64,000 nt of DNA from Lingula anatina. Lineage: Eukaryota; Animalia; Brachiopoda. Both the position numbers and the translations under genes were made by a program. Position 1 is the stretch's first letter, and each line of letters starts with the position of its first letter. Below, one piece after another: positions 26,001 to 36,734 of the stretch. The stretch lies in the NCBI GenBank assembly GCA_051362555.1, contig CM120647.1, positions 3,410,001 through 3,474,000 of the forward strand, written 5' to 3'. The notes beneath the pieces are model-generated. The model was given only the letters and a program-made list of their open reading frames with translations, searched no databases and had not been told where the DNA came from.

Positions 26001-27155
26001 TACATGAAACTTTACGTATTCTTCACGGTTGTTTATTCTCATGTTAAGTGTCACCTGCCCCATACTCTCAACACGGTTACCACTGTATGAGGTTAGTCTC
26101 TTGCTGCTTTTCTTCAAGACTGGCTCATTAGTGCTCATTATGCGACAGCAATCCTCATATCTCAAACAGTTTACACCTGCTCCATTGTCTAATTGGAATA
26201 CTTGTGGCATCCAAGAGCTGCTTCTCTTGTATTGGACTGATGGTTCAACAAGATATGTGGTCCTGCCGGTTTTAACTGTGAATACTGACGATTCGGAGTC
26301 GCTATCTTCAGGATCAGAATTATCGACTTGGTGGACTTTGGCCCCTTGTGACCTACACATGCTAGCGAAATGATTTAGTCGTCCACACTTCTTACAGCGG
26401 CGACCCCATGCTGGGCATTGACGCTTGGGATGTTGCGTCCCGCAGTAGCTACAATCCGAATGGCTCTTCTGTTTTTGCTCTCCTTTCTTGTCTGTCTTGT
26501 GTTCAGATACTGCCGTCTTCATCTTTGTCCCGGCTTTTTTCATTTTTGGTTTCACAGCATGCACAGTTTCAACCTCACCATCTATGGCTTTAAGTTGCTG
26601 CGTCGTCATTTCACTCGCACGACACGTGTCAATACACTTTGCTAATGTAAGGTCCTTTTCACGCAACAATCTAGCCCGGACAACAGAATCTCTCACCCCT
26701 ATCACAATACGGTCTCTGATCATTTCATCTAAAAGCGTTCCATACTTGCAAGTGGCACTGAGTTTCCGCAGCCTGTTCACATAGGCATCAATCTCTTCAC
26801 CGGGCTCTTGTGTACAAGTATTAAACACGTATCTCTCATAAACAATGTTGCGTTGTGGCTCAAAATGATTTGTCAAAGCTTCCAGTATTATTTTAGAATC
26901 CTTGCGATCATCATCACTCAGGGCTAAATTCTGAAATATTTGAAAACAGTCTTTGCCCATGACCGTAAGTAAGGTAGCTACTCTTATCTCTTCCGACTTA
27001 AGATTTAGTTCTGTTGCAATTTCATAATTCTTCCATGTGTCTCTAAAAAATTGCCAGTTAGTTGCACAATGTCCCTTCACGTCCATAGGTTGTGGCGGAG
27101 GTAACAAATTCGCTGTTGCAGGGGTAACTGGGGGTGTACTAGTACTGGTAGACAT
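23046..27155 (-). CDS. Gag-Pol polyprotein (about 1369 aa from the first ATG)
   Basis: Tandem zinc knuckles CSYCGTQH...C and CKKCGRLNHFASMC; protease FQLDNGA; RT LRICLDPKELN, RLPFGISSAPEEFQ, IADDILV; RNase H ADSSDYGLGAVL...YSQMEKE; integrase H..HQG...CNVC, SSDLF, SDNGPQY, GTAE. Confidence 0.96.
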   Translation of the reverse strand: MSTSTSTPPVTPATANLLPPPQPMDVKGHCATNWQFFRDTWKNYEIATELNLKSEEIRVATLLTVMGKDCFQIFQNLALSDDDRKDSKIILEALTNHFEPQRNIVYERYVFNTCTQEPGEEIDAYVNRLRKLSATCKYGTLLDEMIRDRIVIGVRDSVVRARLLREKDLTLAKCIDTCRASEMTTQQLKAIDGEVETVHAVKPKMKKAGTKMKTAVSEHKTDKKGEQKQKSHSDCSYCGTQHPKRQCPAWGRRCKKCGRLNHFASMCRSQGAKVHQVDNSDPEDSDSESSVFTVKTGRTTYLVEPSVQYKRSSSWMPQVFQLDNGAGVNCLRYEDCCRIMSTNEPVLKKSSKRLTSYSGNRVESMGQVTLNMRINNREEYVKFHVVKNVTCSLLNGETSERFGLMKIKRDVLINVVSTELSEDDIFAKYNDVFSGLGDLGEYHIELDPKVIPKQDSPRSVPVALRKELKEKLASMVKQGIIERVNQPTDWISSMVAVRKPGKLRICLDPKELNKAVKIPKFKLPTLEEVSANLTNAKVFSVIDARDGFLQVRLDEESSLLTTFNTPFGRYRWRRLPFGISSAPEEFQRRVIDLLDGLDGVQTIADDILVYGKGDTSEEAIKNHDENMIALLERCRERNFKMNKTKLRFKLNSVTYHGHVISDEGLKADPLKVQAIVEMERPENAKAVKRLIGMVNYLAKFCPHLSTVSEPLRRLTTEDAPFIWSDQHEQTFCTLKQMLTMTPVLRYYSLTEEVTVEADSSDYGLGAVLLQAGQPVAFASRALSKTERNYSQMEKECLAITFACNRFDQYLHGRDYITVLTDHQNLETIFKKPILAAPKRLQRMRLRLQKYHIEVKYQRGKKMYISDALSRATVSKSVTTKENSDYEIYAVESEQKLAKEVEEIDYSQYNNVSDESLEQVKTHTLRDDAMQSLLILVMEGWPSDKTQVPLLCREYWPYRDELSCQDGILYRGTRVVIPTSLRKQMLERVHATHQGTETAIRKARDAIFWPQISNDIRNVVATCNVCQENQPRQQKEPMHSQPIPKERFEIVSSDLFSIQGEHYLLLVDHFSKYWEITQLSDTTSEAVINELKQQFARHGIPKLFISDNGPQYQCQQFREFTEAWKINHHTSSPHHPSGNGTAEAAVKVAKTLIKRTKQDGTDLWLAVLEHRNTPAADNTGSAAQKLMSRRTRSLIPVRCDKLEPIVVPKDQVFQKQVNQKRIAKKCYDKGSKELPPLVIGQPVRTNLRPQSSVSWSAGRIVEKLAPRSYLVEQDNKIYRRNRSHLRPSREVTTPNQSRGTVAAETPEVPIKPTDVTSEPIMIPSPIKSTPSTPCKTTPPPQSSEEEVHTTRFGRLLKKPKYLGDYVVYSK

Positions 27156-27482
27156 GATTAATCTATGTAACAAATACACAGCTTCTGCAGTTCTACTTTA
27201 AGGTCACACTCAGCAGTATTTGCTTGTTAAATCTGTCCCGTTTGTAACTTCTAAAAAAAAACTCATGAATATATGTCTTTCACTAATCACCAGAGTTTTT
27301 TTATTATCGACTTCCGATGCCTGAATTTCTGTTCAGTCGGTTCCACTTTTCATCCATAAAATCGTATGATCAACAGATTTCTTCTTTGTATCACACATAC
27401 CTTCTGTTTCTCTGGTCCTTTAACTTAGTTCTTGACCACATTAGAAATCGTGTCTTCAGCTTATGTAGACGTGAGCACGAAA

Positions 27483-27493
27483 TTCTGACACCA
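27483..27493 (-). promoter_or_regulatory. Primer-binding site TGGTGTCAGAA (tRNA-Leu-type)
   Basis: Immediately follows the 5' LTR on the element strand and is complementary to a ...TTCTGACACCA tRNA 3' end, as in tRNA-Leu. Confidence 0.8.
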
Positions 27494-27595
27494 TGTTAAT
27501 GGAATAAGTCAAACACGTGGATATAACTGAACCGGAAGTGCTCTGGGAGCGTTTATTATATAACAAGTATCAATAAGAGGGAGCATCCCTTAACA
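27494..27595 (-). repeat. 5' LTR (102 bp)
   Basis: Identical to 22604-22705. Contains TATATAATAAA and TCAGTT on the element strand. Confidence 0.96.
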
Positions 27596-27684
27596 ATGTC
27601 AATATGTGAAAGATAAAACATGCTTCTGCTGCCGCCAAGTGGAAATGAAAATAACACTCAACGAGTAACCCATTCTTCAAATTA

Positions 27685-28133
27685 TGTCTTCCCATAATAC
27701 AACAGCAATTGTTGATGTCACAATGTTCAGTGTCTTCCCATAATACAACAGCAATTGTTGATGTCACAATGTTCAATGTCTTTCCATAATGCAACAGCTA
27801 TTGTTGATGTCACAATGTTCAATGTCTTCCCATAATACAACAGCTATTGTTGATGTCACAATGTTCAATGTCTTCCCATAATACAACAGCAAATGTTGAT
27901 GTCACAATGTTCAATGTCTTTCCATAATAAACAGCAATTGTTGATGTCACAATGTTCAATATCTTCCCATAATACAACAGCTATTGTTGATGTCACAATG
28001 TTCAATGTCTTCCCATAATACAATAGCAATTGTTGATGTCACAATGTTCAATGTATTCCTATAATGCAATTTGTTAACACAATTTTCAATGTCTTCCCAT
28101 AATACTACTAATATTGTTGATGTCACAATGTTC
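27685..28133. repeat. 46-bp minisatellite, array 1 (~10 units)
   Basis: Unit CCCATAATACAACAGCAATTGTTGATGTCACAATGTTCAATGTCTT; successive starts at 27691 and 27737. Confidence 0.95.
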
Positions 28134-28595
28134 AGGGCAGAAACCACCATATAATTTCCCACTGATGGCCATACTAAGAAATGCCTGCAAAACTGCAAGA
28201 ACAAAATAAATGGGTGAAACATTTCACATCCCAATGGACAGCAGACACACTGACATAACTCCCAATGGCACAAAATATACTGTCATCAAGAAAACTTTCT
28301 TACCAGCATTACTTGAACATGTGCACCCCTCTGTTTGTAAACAAACCACTGCACTACTCACAGTCAGTAGCTCCCTCCACCAGAGGTCTCACGACTGCAC
28401 CACAACTGTGCCTGGTCCTGAAAAAAAAAAACTGACAGTAGTTTACATGCTAGCCTGCTAGTTGACAACAAAATTAACCCAAGCAACACACAAGAAATGT
28501 CAGGAAAAAATAGAAAAAAAGCACTAATTTTCTCTCACTGAACTACATTTGTCAATAACAGTTGGTGATTGGTCCATTTAGTGGTTTCTGCCATT
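28133..28595. repeat. Locally duplicated module (copies at ~30224-30400 and ~36318-36725)
   Basis: CAGGGCAGAAACCACC...GTGCACCCCTCTGTTTGTAAACAAACCACTG...TAGCCTGCTAGTTGACAACAAAATT...GGTGATTGGTCCATTTA recurs. Confidence 0.85.
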
Positions 28596-29128
28596 CACAG
28601 TAATCACCCCCCCTGTTCTTACCTTCAGACACCAAAAATTATAACCTTCATACACTGCCAACTGCTCTGCCCGATATGACTGAGAATGATCTCTTGGTGA
28701 CTGAGCCCTGTCAAGTTGAAAATGTGGTTGCTGTATATGTCACTAAGCCCACATTGCACCTGCATGGTGAGAAAGGCACAATTTCACAAATAATAAAAAG
28801 TTAAATGCAAATTTCTGTGCCTGAATTTGCTTCAATTGTTTTGAAATTTGGACACCTGATGCTGGACATGAGTGAAAATCTGAGATAAGCATATTAACTG
28901 GATGTGACTAGTGTAAGTGCACTTTGCTGAGGAATAAAGCGAGAGAAGTGTAAAATTACTAATAAAAAGATTTTACAATATTTAAAAATTACTTAAACTC
29001 AAGTGCAAGGCTAATTGTCACAACTGTTGTTTGTGTTGTTTGTTTGTGTTGTGAGAACACAGGAAAATGTCTTTCTCTGCATAACAATACCCACCACTAA
29101 GCTGGGTACCCCTCCCCCCCTGCCCTGT

Positions 29129-29348
29129 ACTGGGGCTATGCAGTTTCCTGTTTACCACTGGGGTCATGCAGTTTCCTGTTTACCACTGGGACCATGCAGT
29201 TTCCTGTTTACCACTGGGGCTATGCAGTTTCCTGTTTACCACTGGGACCATGCAGTTGCCTGTTTACCACTGGGACCATGCAGTTTCCTGTTTACCACTG
29301 GGGTCATGCAGTTTCCTGTTTACCACTGGGACCATGCAGTTTCCTGTT
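29129..29348. repeat. 28-bp minisatellite (~8 units)
   Basis: Unit CTGGGACCATGCAGTTTCCTGTTTACCA. Confidence 0.95.
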
Positions 29349-29507
29349 TTTCTGCACACCTGGGAGAGACATTACTATAAAAACACCTGTCCCTCACTCC
29401 TGTCTCAGTAGTCACTTGCTAACCATGCTGTATGGTAAAGGTACCTGGAAAAATGAAGAAAAAGTGTATTTGTGAAGGGACACAAGCTAGCCTTTAGAAG
29501 ACAGGAG

Positions 29508-29752
29508 TCTGACAGCCCTCCAGAGCCCATTGTAAGAAGTTACATCAGACCCAGCCAAGAGTTGTACCAGGCAGCCTCATCTCCACCCCCTCCTGGGCCA
29601 TCAACAACCCTCAGCAGCAACCCTGATGTCTGACAGCCCTCCAGAGCCCATTGTGAGAAGATACATCAGACCCAGCTAAGAGTTGTACCAGGCAGCCTCA
29701 TCTCCACCCCCTCCTGGGCCATCAACAACCCTCAGCAGCAATCTTGATGCAC
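29508..29752. repeat. 121-bp tandem duplication (second pair at ~30421-30655)
   Basis: CAGAGCCCATTGT starts at 29521 and 29642, and again at 30423 and 30544. Confidence 0.9.
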
Positions 29753-29763
29753 CATTACACTAA

Positions 29764-29931
29764 GACCCCATTCCCATAGATTTTAGATCTATCTATCCCT
29801 GTGGGGAGTGTCACTAGATTACTGTCAGCTTAGCCAGCTTAAGTATCTGTCCCGCCTACAAAAGGCTTCAATTTAGCGTGAACCCCCAGGGAGCTAGGTC
29901 AATCTAAATCTAAATCTCTGGGAATGCACCC
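29764..29931. mobile_element. PIF/Harbinger-type MITE with TAA TSD
   Basis: TAA on both sides; imperfect TIRs CATTCCCATAGATTT / AAATCTCTGGGAATG. The paralogous segment at ~30660 (CACTAAGACATAG) lacks the insert. Confidence 0.8.
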
Positions 29932-30734
29932 TAAGTCATAGTAGGGTCCAGCCAGAGAGTTTATAGTTTGTCCAGTAGCAAGCCCCAACCCCTTCAGATG
30001 ATGAATACAAGTTGGTTTCAGGAGAAAAGATTGTCAATCTGGTCAACAAAGTTTTGTCAGAGCACACACCAGAGTGCACTAGCTGGCTAAATGGTTTGAG
30101 ACAGTGATGCAGAGAGCAAGTGGGGAGTGGCTTGGTCAATGGGACTAAAATGTGACACATGTCAGTACAGGACAGGGAAGCAGAAACTATAGAATGAAGT
30201 TCAAAGCAAGCAGCGTGGCCCGAGAAAAAAAAAAACTGGCAGTAGTTTACACCCTAGCCTGCTAGTTGACAACAAAATTAACCCTAGCAACACACAAGAA
30301 AAGCCAGAAAAAAAATGAAAAAAAGCACTAATTTTCTCTCACTGAACTACATTTGTCTATAACAGTCGGTGATTGGTCCATTTAGTGGTTTCTGCCCTTC
30401 ACAAAAACCATCCCTCCTGTTCCAGAGCCCATTGTGAGAAGATACATCAGACCCAGCCAAGAGTTGTACCAGGCAGCCTCCTCTCCACCCCCTCCTGGGC
30501 CATCAACAACCCTCAGCAGCAATCCTGATGTCTGACAGCCCTCCAGAGCCCATTGTGAGAAGATACATCAGACCCAGCTAAGAGTTGTACCAGGCAGCCT
30601 CCTCTCCACCCCCTGCTGGGTCATCAACAACCCTAAGCAGCAACCTTGATGCACCTGTGACACTAAGACATAGGAGGGCCCAGCCAGAGAGTTTAGTTTG
30701 TTCAGTAGCCAGCCTCCCCCCCCCCCCCCCAGAT

Positions 30735-32260
30735 GATGAATACAAGTTGGTTTCAGGAGAAAAAGAGGCAGAGAGCATGTGGGGAGTGGCTTGGGACTAA
30801 CATGTTACACATGTCAGTATAGGACAGGGAAGTAGAAAAGTACAAAGCAAGCAGCATGGCCCGAGAGCAGCAACAGTGAATGCAGGCTTGCAAGTAGGCC
30901 TGTCACAGAATATGACCTCTAATACAGCAATGAGGCAGATCCTAATGGCCAGCAATGTGACCCCACCCAGCCCATCAGCCATGCAGAAGCAAGCTAACAA
31001 AGTCAGTACAGCGATAACAGAATTGAACAAAGCTGACATGCAGCGACACCGTGAAAACTTATGTCACATTCAGGATCTCAGAGGGTATGGAGGACAGCCC
31101 AGAGCAGTGGAAGTAGATGGGAGATACAATAATAGCCTGTTCAGTGGAGGGAACAAAACACCATACCAGCCAGCCACTCAGACTGTGTACACTGAAGCAG
31201 AGAATGTGACCAGCAAGAAGGACTTAAATGGTGTTTACACTGATAACAAGCACTGCCATACTGCTTACCTGCTTAGAAGTAGAAGGGAAGATGTCTACTG
31301 TCCAGAGCACAGTGGAGTCTGCACAGCCAATCTATGTGCAGCAGATCCTTGAGGATATTTCTGGAGAGGTCACAGTTGGCACCTTAACTAGCTACTGATG
31401 GTGATAGCCGAGCCCACTCTGCATATGACAGTGTTGAAAGTCTTCAGGACACACAACACTTTACCAAAGCTCTGAAAAAACAAATAGAAAAAAAAGCACC
31501 ATTTTCTGGTCAAGTGTTTCCAGCAAAATCAAAAACACTAGAGACAAAATGCGAAAACACTTTGCTCAGCGCATATATAGCAATGCGCTGCTATTCTGAA
31601 TTTGATGCTTGCTTAAAACAAATCAAGGGGCCATAGAGTTGATTAAAAGGGCACTGAGATATGTTATTGACTCTATAATTAGTTGTTACAGTGGTGATTG
31701 TCAAAATTGTTTAAAGTACTCTTATGTATGTAAAAGTGGCTCAGAAACTATTTTCCCTGAGATAGGCAAACTAGACTTTAGCAACTCTGAAGATATGCAC
31801 ATCTTAAGACAGTGCCTAAATTATAGACTGGGCCCAAGGGCAATTTAATCAACAAAACTTAATTTTAATTAAAATACCAACACACAAAAAGTGGAGTCTT
31901 TAACCCATACATTTCAGAAAACTAATAATAAAGATGTCACCTTTTCTCAGAACTTTGCAGGAAGGATTAACAGTGCAGTCCACTTATAGAATAATGGACT
32001 TAAACAATCCACTTTGAATGAGATGGCCTCTGTTGGTATTGTGCCAACTTCTTCAGTCATTAAATATCTGGAGAAAGGCGAAAAACAGATGAAAATGAGA
32101 GTGAATCACAGTAAGACACTTGCAATCAAGTTAAGAGCTAGAAGAGAATCCTTAAACGCTACATAAAGTATGACAGATCTAAAGCATTGAAAAGTTATGA
32201 CTATAGAATATGCATGTCTATGCCCAAACTTGTATTTCCTGATCACAGTTATTCAAAGAG
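30735..32260 (+). pseudogene. Decayed DDE transposase, probably Kolobok-like
   Basis: Frameshifted motifs WGVAW, GPRAATVNAGLQVGL, VEVDGRYNN..KTPYQPATQ, NKHC...CPEHSGVCTANL, ATDGDS, QDTQH, TNTQKVES, FSQNFAGRINSAVH and C-terminal DHSY. The family is recalled from motif pattern, not searched. Confidence 0.65.
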
Positions 32261-32957
32261 AACATGTACTTTAAAGAAAAAAAATGATTTCAAGATACCA
32301 CTATGTAATAAACTGGTTGTGAAATATACAAGAGTTTGTTGGTCTTTCTTCTACTTAAAACTTAAAAATATAATTGAGAAATCTAGAAATGAACTAAATG
32401 TAAAAACAAGGCAGCAAAGCTGTCAAATGTACAGACAAAAAACAGAAAATAAAGATGCAAAATAGGTCATTTTGTCAATTTTGATGCAGTAATAAATAAT
32501 GCTTATAATAGCACTGTCAGTCAACACTGAATTTTAATCATGCACAACAGGTACCATGGTCAATAACAGGAGCGAACCCAGAGATATTTTCTGACAGTAT
32601 TCCAAAGTATCTATGTTGATCCATCCTCCATTTTTATGGTCTTCCAACAGAAAAAAATAGATACCAGTCAATATAAACTTAATAACCTGACCGTCTTCCG
32701 GAAGACCCAGAAGATGGTCTCAATCCACCCCTTCAGTAAGATTACAGTTTCAGGACCATGAGTTTTCAAATTCTCATGATGAAAGTCTCAATATTTGAAA
32801 AATGATGACAGTGCATAAAATAATATTACATAATGTTTAAAAACAATACAACTGCTTATGTGGAAATAGAGAAAATGTGCAGAGCCTCAGGCAGATGAGA
32901 GTTAAAAGTCACAAATGCCAGTGTTTGAGAAAAAATTAAAAAGGAAAACATAACAAA

Positions 32958-33178
32958 ACTAGAAAAGCACTCCAAGAGCGCAGACCTCTGCCAAGACAGC
33001 AATTGTTGATTATTATTGATTGATTATTGATCTGGACCACCACCAAAAACTAATCATTGTCCTCCTTGCCCACTTCTGACAGTTCCTGAAAATTTCATCA
33101 AAATCGGTCCGTAACTTTTTGAGTTATGTTGATGACAGACAAACAGGGGTGAAAACATAACCTCCTTGGCAGAGGTAA
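32958..33178. mobile_element. Short Helentron-derived non-autonomous element (HINE-like)
   Basis: Starts ACTAGAAAAGCACTC; subterminal inverted repeat CCTCTGCCAAG / CTTGGCAGAGG; terminal hairpin ACCTCCTTGGCAGAGGT; short GACA tract. Confidence 0.7.
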
Positions 33179-33221
33179 ATATAATTCCAAAGATGCTGCC
33201 ATTCAAACTTTTAATCTTTTT

Positions 33222-33272
<51 letters not shown>

Positions 33273-34224
33273 TTATTTGCAATATTAAACAAAATTTACC
33301 TGCATAATTATCACTGCTTACTTATTATTAATCTAGCAGAGAGCTTAACCTTTGGGAGTTTACAGGGAAATATCAACAAGTGTGCTTTATGTAATCTCAT
33401 TTAATGGCCTATTAATGACTTTATAACTCTGAACTTAGCTAAGTGATACCCAAGGGAAATTTACAGACTGACCCTCTCAAAGATCTTTCAGGCCCATAAG
33501 TCACATCTTAAGAAAAGCACATAACAATAATGCACAAAATAGGAGACTACCAATTCTGATGCAATAATATATTATGTTTAACTGCACAGTCAACATCAAA
33601 TTTTAATTATGCACAACAGGTAACATCAACGAAAGTAAAAGCATAAGGCTTCAGGCCCATCAGAGTTCAAGTTTATACGTAGAAAGTGCCAGAATGAGAA
33701 AAATGAAAATTTCACACAAAATTGCATGAATTCAGTGATAAAAGATAACCCAATTGAGCTGGCTTTCTAATTTGAACTGCATGCCAATCCTAAAAATCAT
33801 ACTTGTAAGTTAAAAATAATAATAAGTAACACAGTTTTCTTTTCATAATGTTTGCAGTAGCAGTGCAAAAAGATTTTTGTCAATTTTGATGTAACATTAC
33901 ATAATAAATTATATAATAATTATCACCAATTTTTGATTATTGACTATAAATAGCATGGGCATTTAGAAAATTTGATTACTATTCGGCTTCATGTCCATGG
34001 GAGCTCCGAGTCCCACAATGAATATGCCAACACGATAATAATGAATTTTTCACTAAAATGTATAACTTCCAGAAAAAGAAGCCAATTAGACTGCTTTTCC
34101 AACTCAGGCTGCATTTTAGTCCTGTGTTTCTTTTTTGAAAGTTTGACAGTCATAAGTAACACGGTTTTCCCATAATGGTCATCATGGCAGCAGCACCAAA
34201 AATTGTGATTTCTTCTATTCTGAT

Positions 34225-35040
34225 GCAATATTACATAATGGTTAACAGCATAATGACCATCAATTTTTAATAATAATATACACGTATCATGGATTTTCAG
34301 AAAATGTGACTAGCATGGGTCTTCAAGCCCGTGGAGGTTCTAAGTCACACCTTGAAAATGCCAATAAGTGAAAAATGAAATTTTCACAAAAAACTGTTTA
34401 ACTGCCAGAAAAATTTACCAAACAGACTACATTTCCTACTGAAGCTGTATTTTAGTCCCATGTTTCTTCCCTGTAAGTTTGAGAACAGTAAGTGACATGA
34501 TTTTCCTTAAGTGCTCATCATGGGAGCAGTGCCCAAAATAGGGGTTTCTTCAAATTTTAATGTAACATTACATAATGTTTAACAGCATAATGACCATCAA
34601 TTTTTAATAATAGAATATTAGTAACATGGACATTCAGAAAATGTGACAAGCAAAGGTCTTCAGGATCATAGAACTTCAAAGTCACACCTTGAAAATGCCA
34701 ATATGTGAAAAATTAAATTTTCACAAAAAACTGTTTAACTGCCAGAAAAAATTACCAAACAGACTGCATTGCCTACTGAAGCTGTATTTTAGTCCCATGT
34801 TTCTTTCCTGTAAGTTTGAGAACAATAAGTGACATGATTTTCCTTAAATATTCATCATGGGAGCAGTGCCCAAAATAGGGGTTTCTTCAAATTTTGATGC
34901 AATATTACATAATGTTTAACAGCATAATGACCATCAATTTTTAATAATAAAATATTAGTATCATGGATATTCAGAAAATGTGACTAGCAAAGGTCTTCAG
35001 GCCCATGGAACTTCAAAGTCACATCTTGAAAATGCCAAAA
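34225..35040. repeat. 337-bp tandem repeat (~2.4 units)
   Basis: AACAGCATAATGACCATCAATTTTT starts at 34244, 34581 and 34918. Diverged relatives occur at ~22120-22600, ~33530-34220 and ~44200-44600. Confidence 0.9.
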
Positions 35041-35439
35041 TGTAAACAAGACAGCACTTTTCTGAAATGGGTTTATTTCCATTTTAACACTTTTTTAACA
35101 TAAAACAAAATTAACAGTTTACTGCCATTTTTATATGACCAACTAATAAAATTGATGAGATGGGAAAAATATCAATAGAACAGTATTAAATGTCCAATTT
35201 CCTTCATTCTGAGATTCTGAACATAGTGGATGATTGAATCTGACAAACTGCGATGATATGTGTTTATTTCCATTTTTGACACTTCATTACACAATACACG
35301 ATAACAAGTTTACCATCATTTTTACATAATCAACTAACAATGTTGTAAAGATGCAGGAAATGTCAAAAAAACACTTTTACATATCTTATTTGTTCAATAA
35401 TGAGACTATTAACATGCCTAAGAATTGAATCAGAGAAAA

Positions 35440-36146
35440 TGTGAAAAAAAAGCATAACTTCCCTAAAAATGACCCAATCATGCTGATTTTTGAACTTGAC
35501 CTGCGTATTATAAATATTCATCAGTTCTGTAAGTTTCAAACCAAAAGGTAAAACGGTTTTCCACTTATCGTGTTTACGGTGTTGCATATATGCTGAAAAA
35601 AGTGAAAAAAAAAGCAAAACTTCCCTAAAAATGACCCGATCATGCTGATTTTCAAACTTGACCTGCGTTTTATACAAATTCATCAGTTCTGTAAGTTTCA
35701 AACCAAAAGGTAAAACGGTTTTCCACTTATCGTGTTTACGATGTTGCATATATGCTGAAAAAAGTGAAAAAAAAGCAAAACTTCCCTAAAAATGACCCGA
35801 TCATGCTGATTTTCAAACTTGACCTGCGTATTATACAAATTCATCAGTTCTGTAAGTTTCAAACCAAAAGGTAAAACGGTTTTCCACTTATCGTGTTTAC
35901 GGTGTTGCATATATGCTGAAAAAAGTGAAAAAACAGCATAACTTCCCTAAAAATGGCCCGATCATGCTGATTTTCGAACTTGACCTGAATATTATGAATA
36001 TTCATCAGTTCTGTAAGTTTCAAGTCAAAACGTAAAACCGTTTTCCACTTATCGTGTTTACGGTAAAAGTGCACGCCAACGGCAACGGCGACGACAGACG
36101 CAGGTGACGGCTATATGTACAGACACATCTGTGTCTGTACATAAAA
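35440..36146. repeat. 161/162-bp tandem array (~3.8 units) ending in a HINE-like hairpin
   Basis: CCCTAAAAATG at 35461, 35623, 35784 and 35945; hairpin TATGTACAGACACA-TC-TGTGTCTGTACATA at 36114-36143. A diverged relative lies at ~44690-45175. Confidence 0.88.
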
Positions 36147-36734
36147 ATAAGTAAATAAATAAATAAAACATTTCTGTGTAAGTTTTTATTTGATTGATCA
36201 AAAAATTGATGATTTGCCATTTTTTGAGTGAAATGATGCAAGACCACCACTTTTATAGCCTGTGCTGCTTTAAATTTAGAAACTAAGCCAAAGGTGAACA
36301 GTTGTCATTTTCCCCTTCAGGGCAGAAACCACCAAATAACAACCATACGAAGAAATGCCTGCAAAACTACATGAACAAAAAAGAAATGGGTGAAACAAGT
36401 AAACTTTCTTACCGACACTACTTGAACATGTGCACCCCTCTGTTTGTAAACAAACCACTGTACCATTCGCAGTCTGTAGCTCCCTCCGCCAGAGGTCTCA
36501 CGACTGCAACACAACTGTGCCTGGTCCTGAAAAAAAAAAAAAAAAAAAAAAAAAAACTGGCAGTAGTTTACACCCTAGCCTGCTAGTTGACAACAAAATT
36601 TACCCTAGCAACACACAAGAAATGACAGGAAACAATGGAAAAAAGCATTAATTTTCTCTCTTTCTGAACTACCTTTGTCTATAACAGTTGGTGATTGGTC
36701 CATTTAATGCCATGGTTTCTGCCCTTTCAATACC

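Larger units (their letters stand above)
22604..27595 (-). mobile_element. Complete Ty3/Gypsy LTR retrotransposon, Mag-clade-like
   Basis: Identical 102-bp LTRs (TGTTAA...TTAACA), 5-bp TSD ATGTC (22599-22603 and 27596-27600), primer-binding site, polypurine tract, and one uninterrupted gag-PR-RT-RH-IN ORF. Confidence 0.97.

Noticed and set aside
23110-26784. Plus-strand ORFs inside the Gypsy element
   Set aside because: Antisense shadows of gag-pol with no motifs.
27685-28133. 46-bp arrays (also 36.7 and 45.3 kb) as CRISPR-like arrays
   Set aside because: Head-to-tail units with no unique spacers, no cas genes, and a eukaryotic context.
29015-29475. ORFs with MQFPVYHWGHAVSCLPLG repeats
   Set aside because: Translations of the 28-bp minisatellite in all frames.
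35363-36250. Repeated MQHRKHDKWKTVLPFG ORFs
   Set aside because: Products of the 161/162-bp array; the frame shifts between units.
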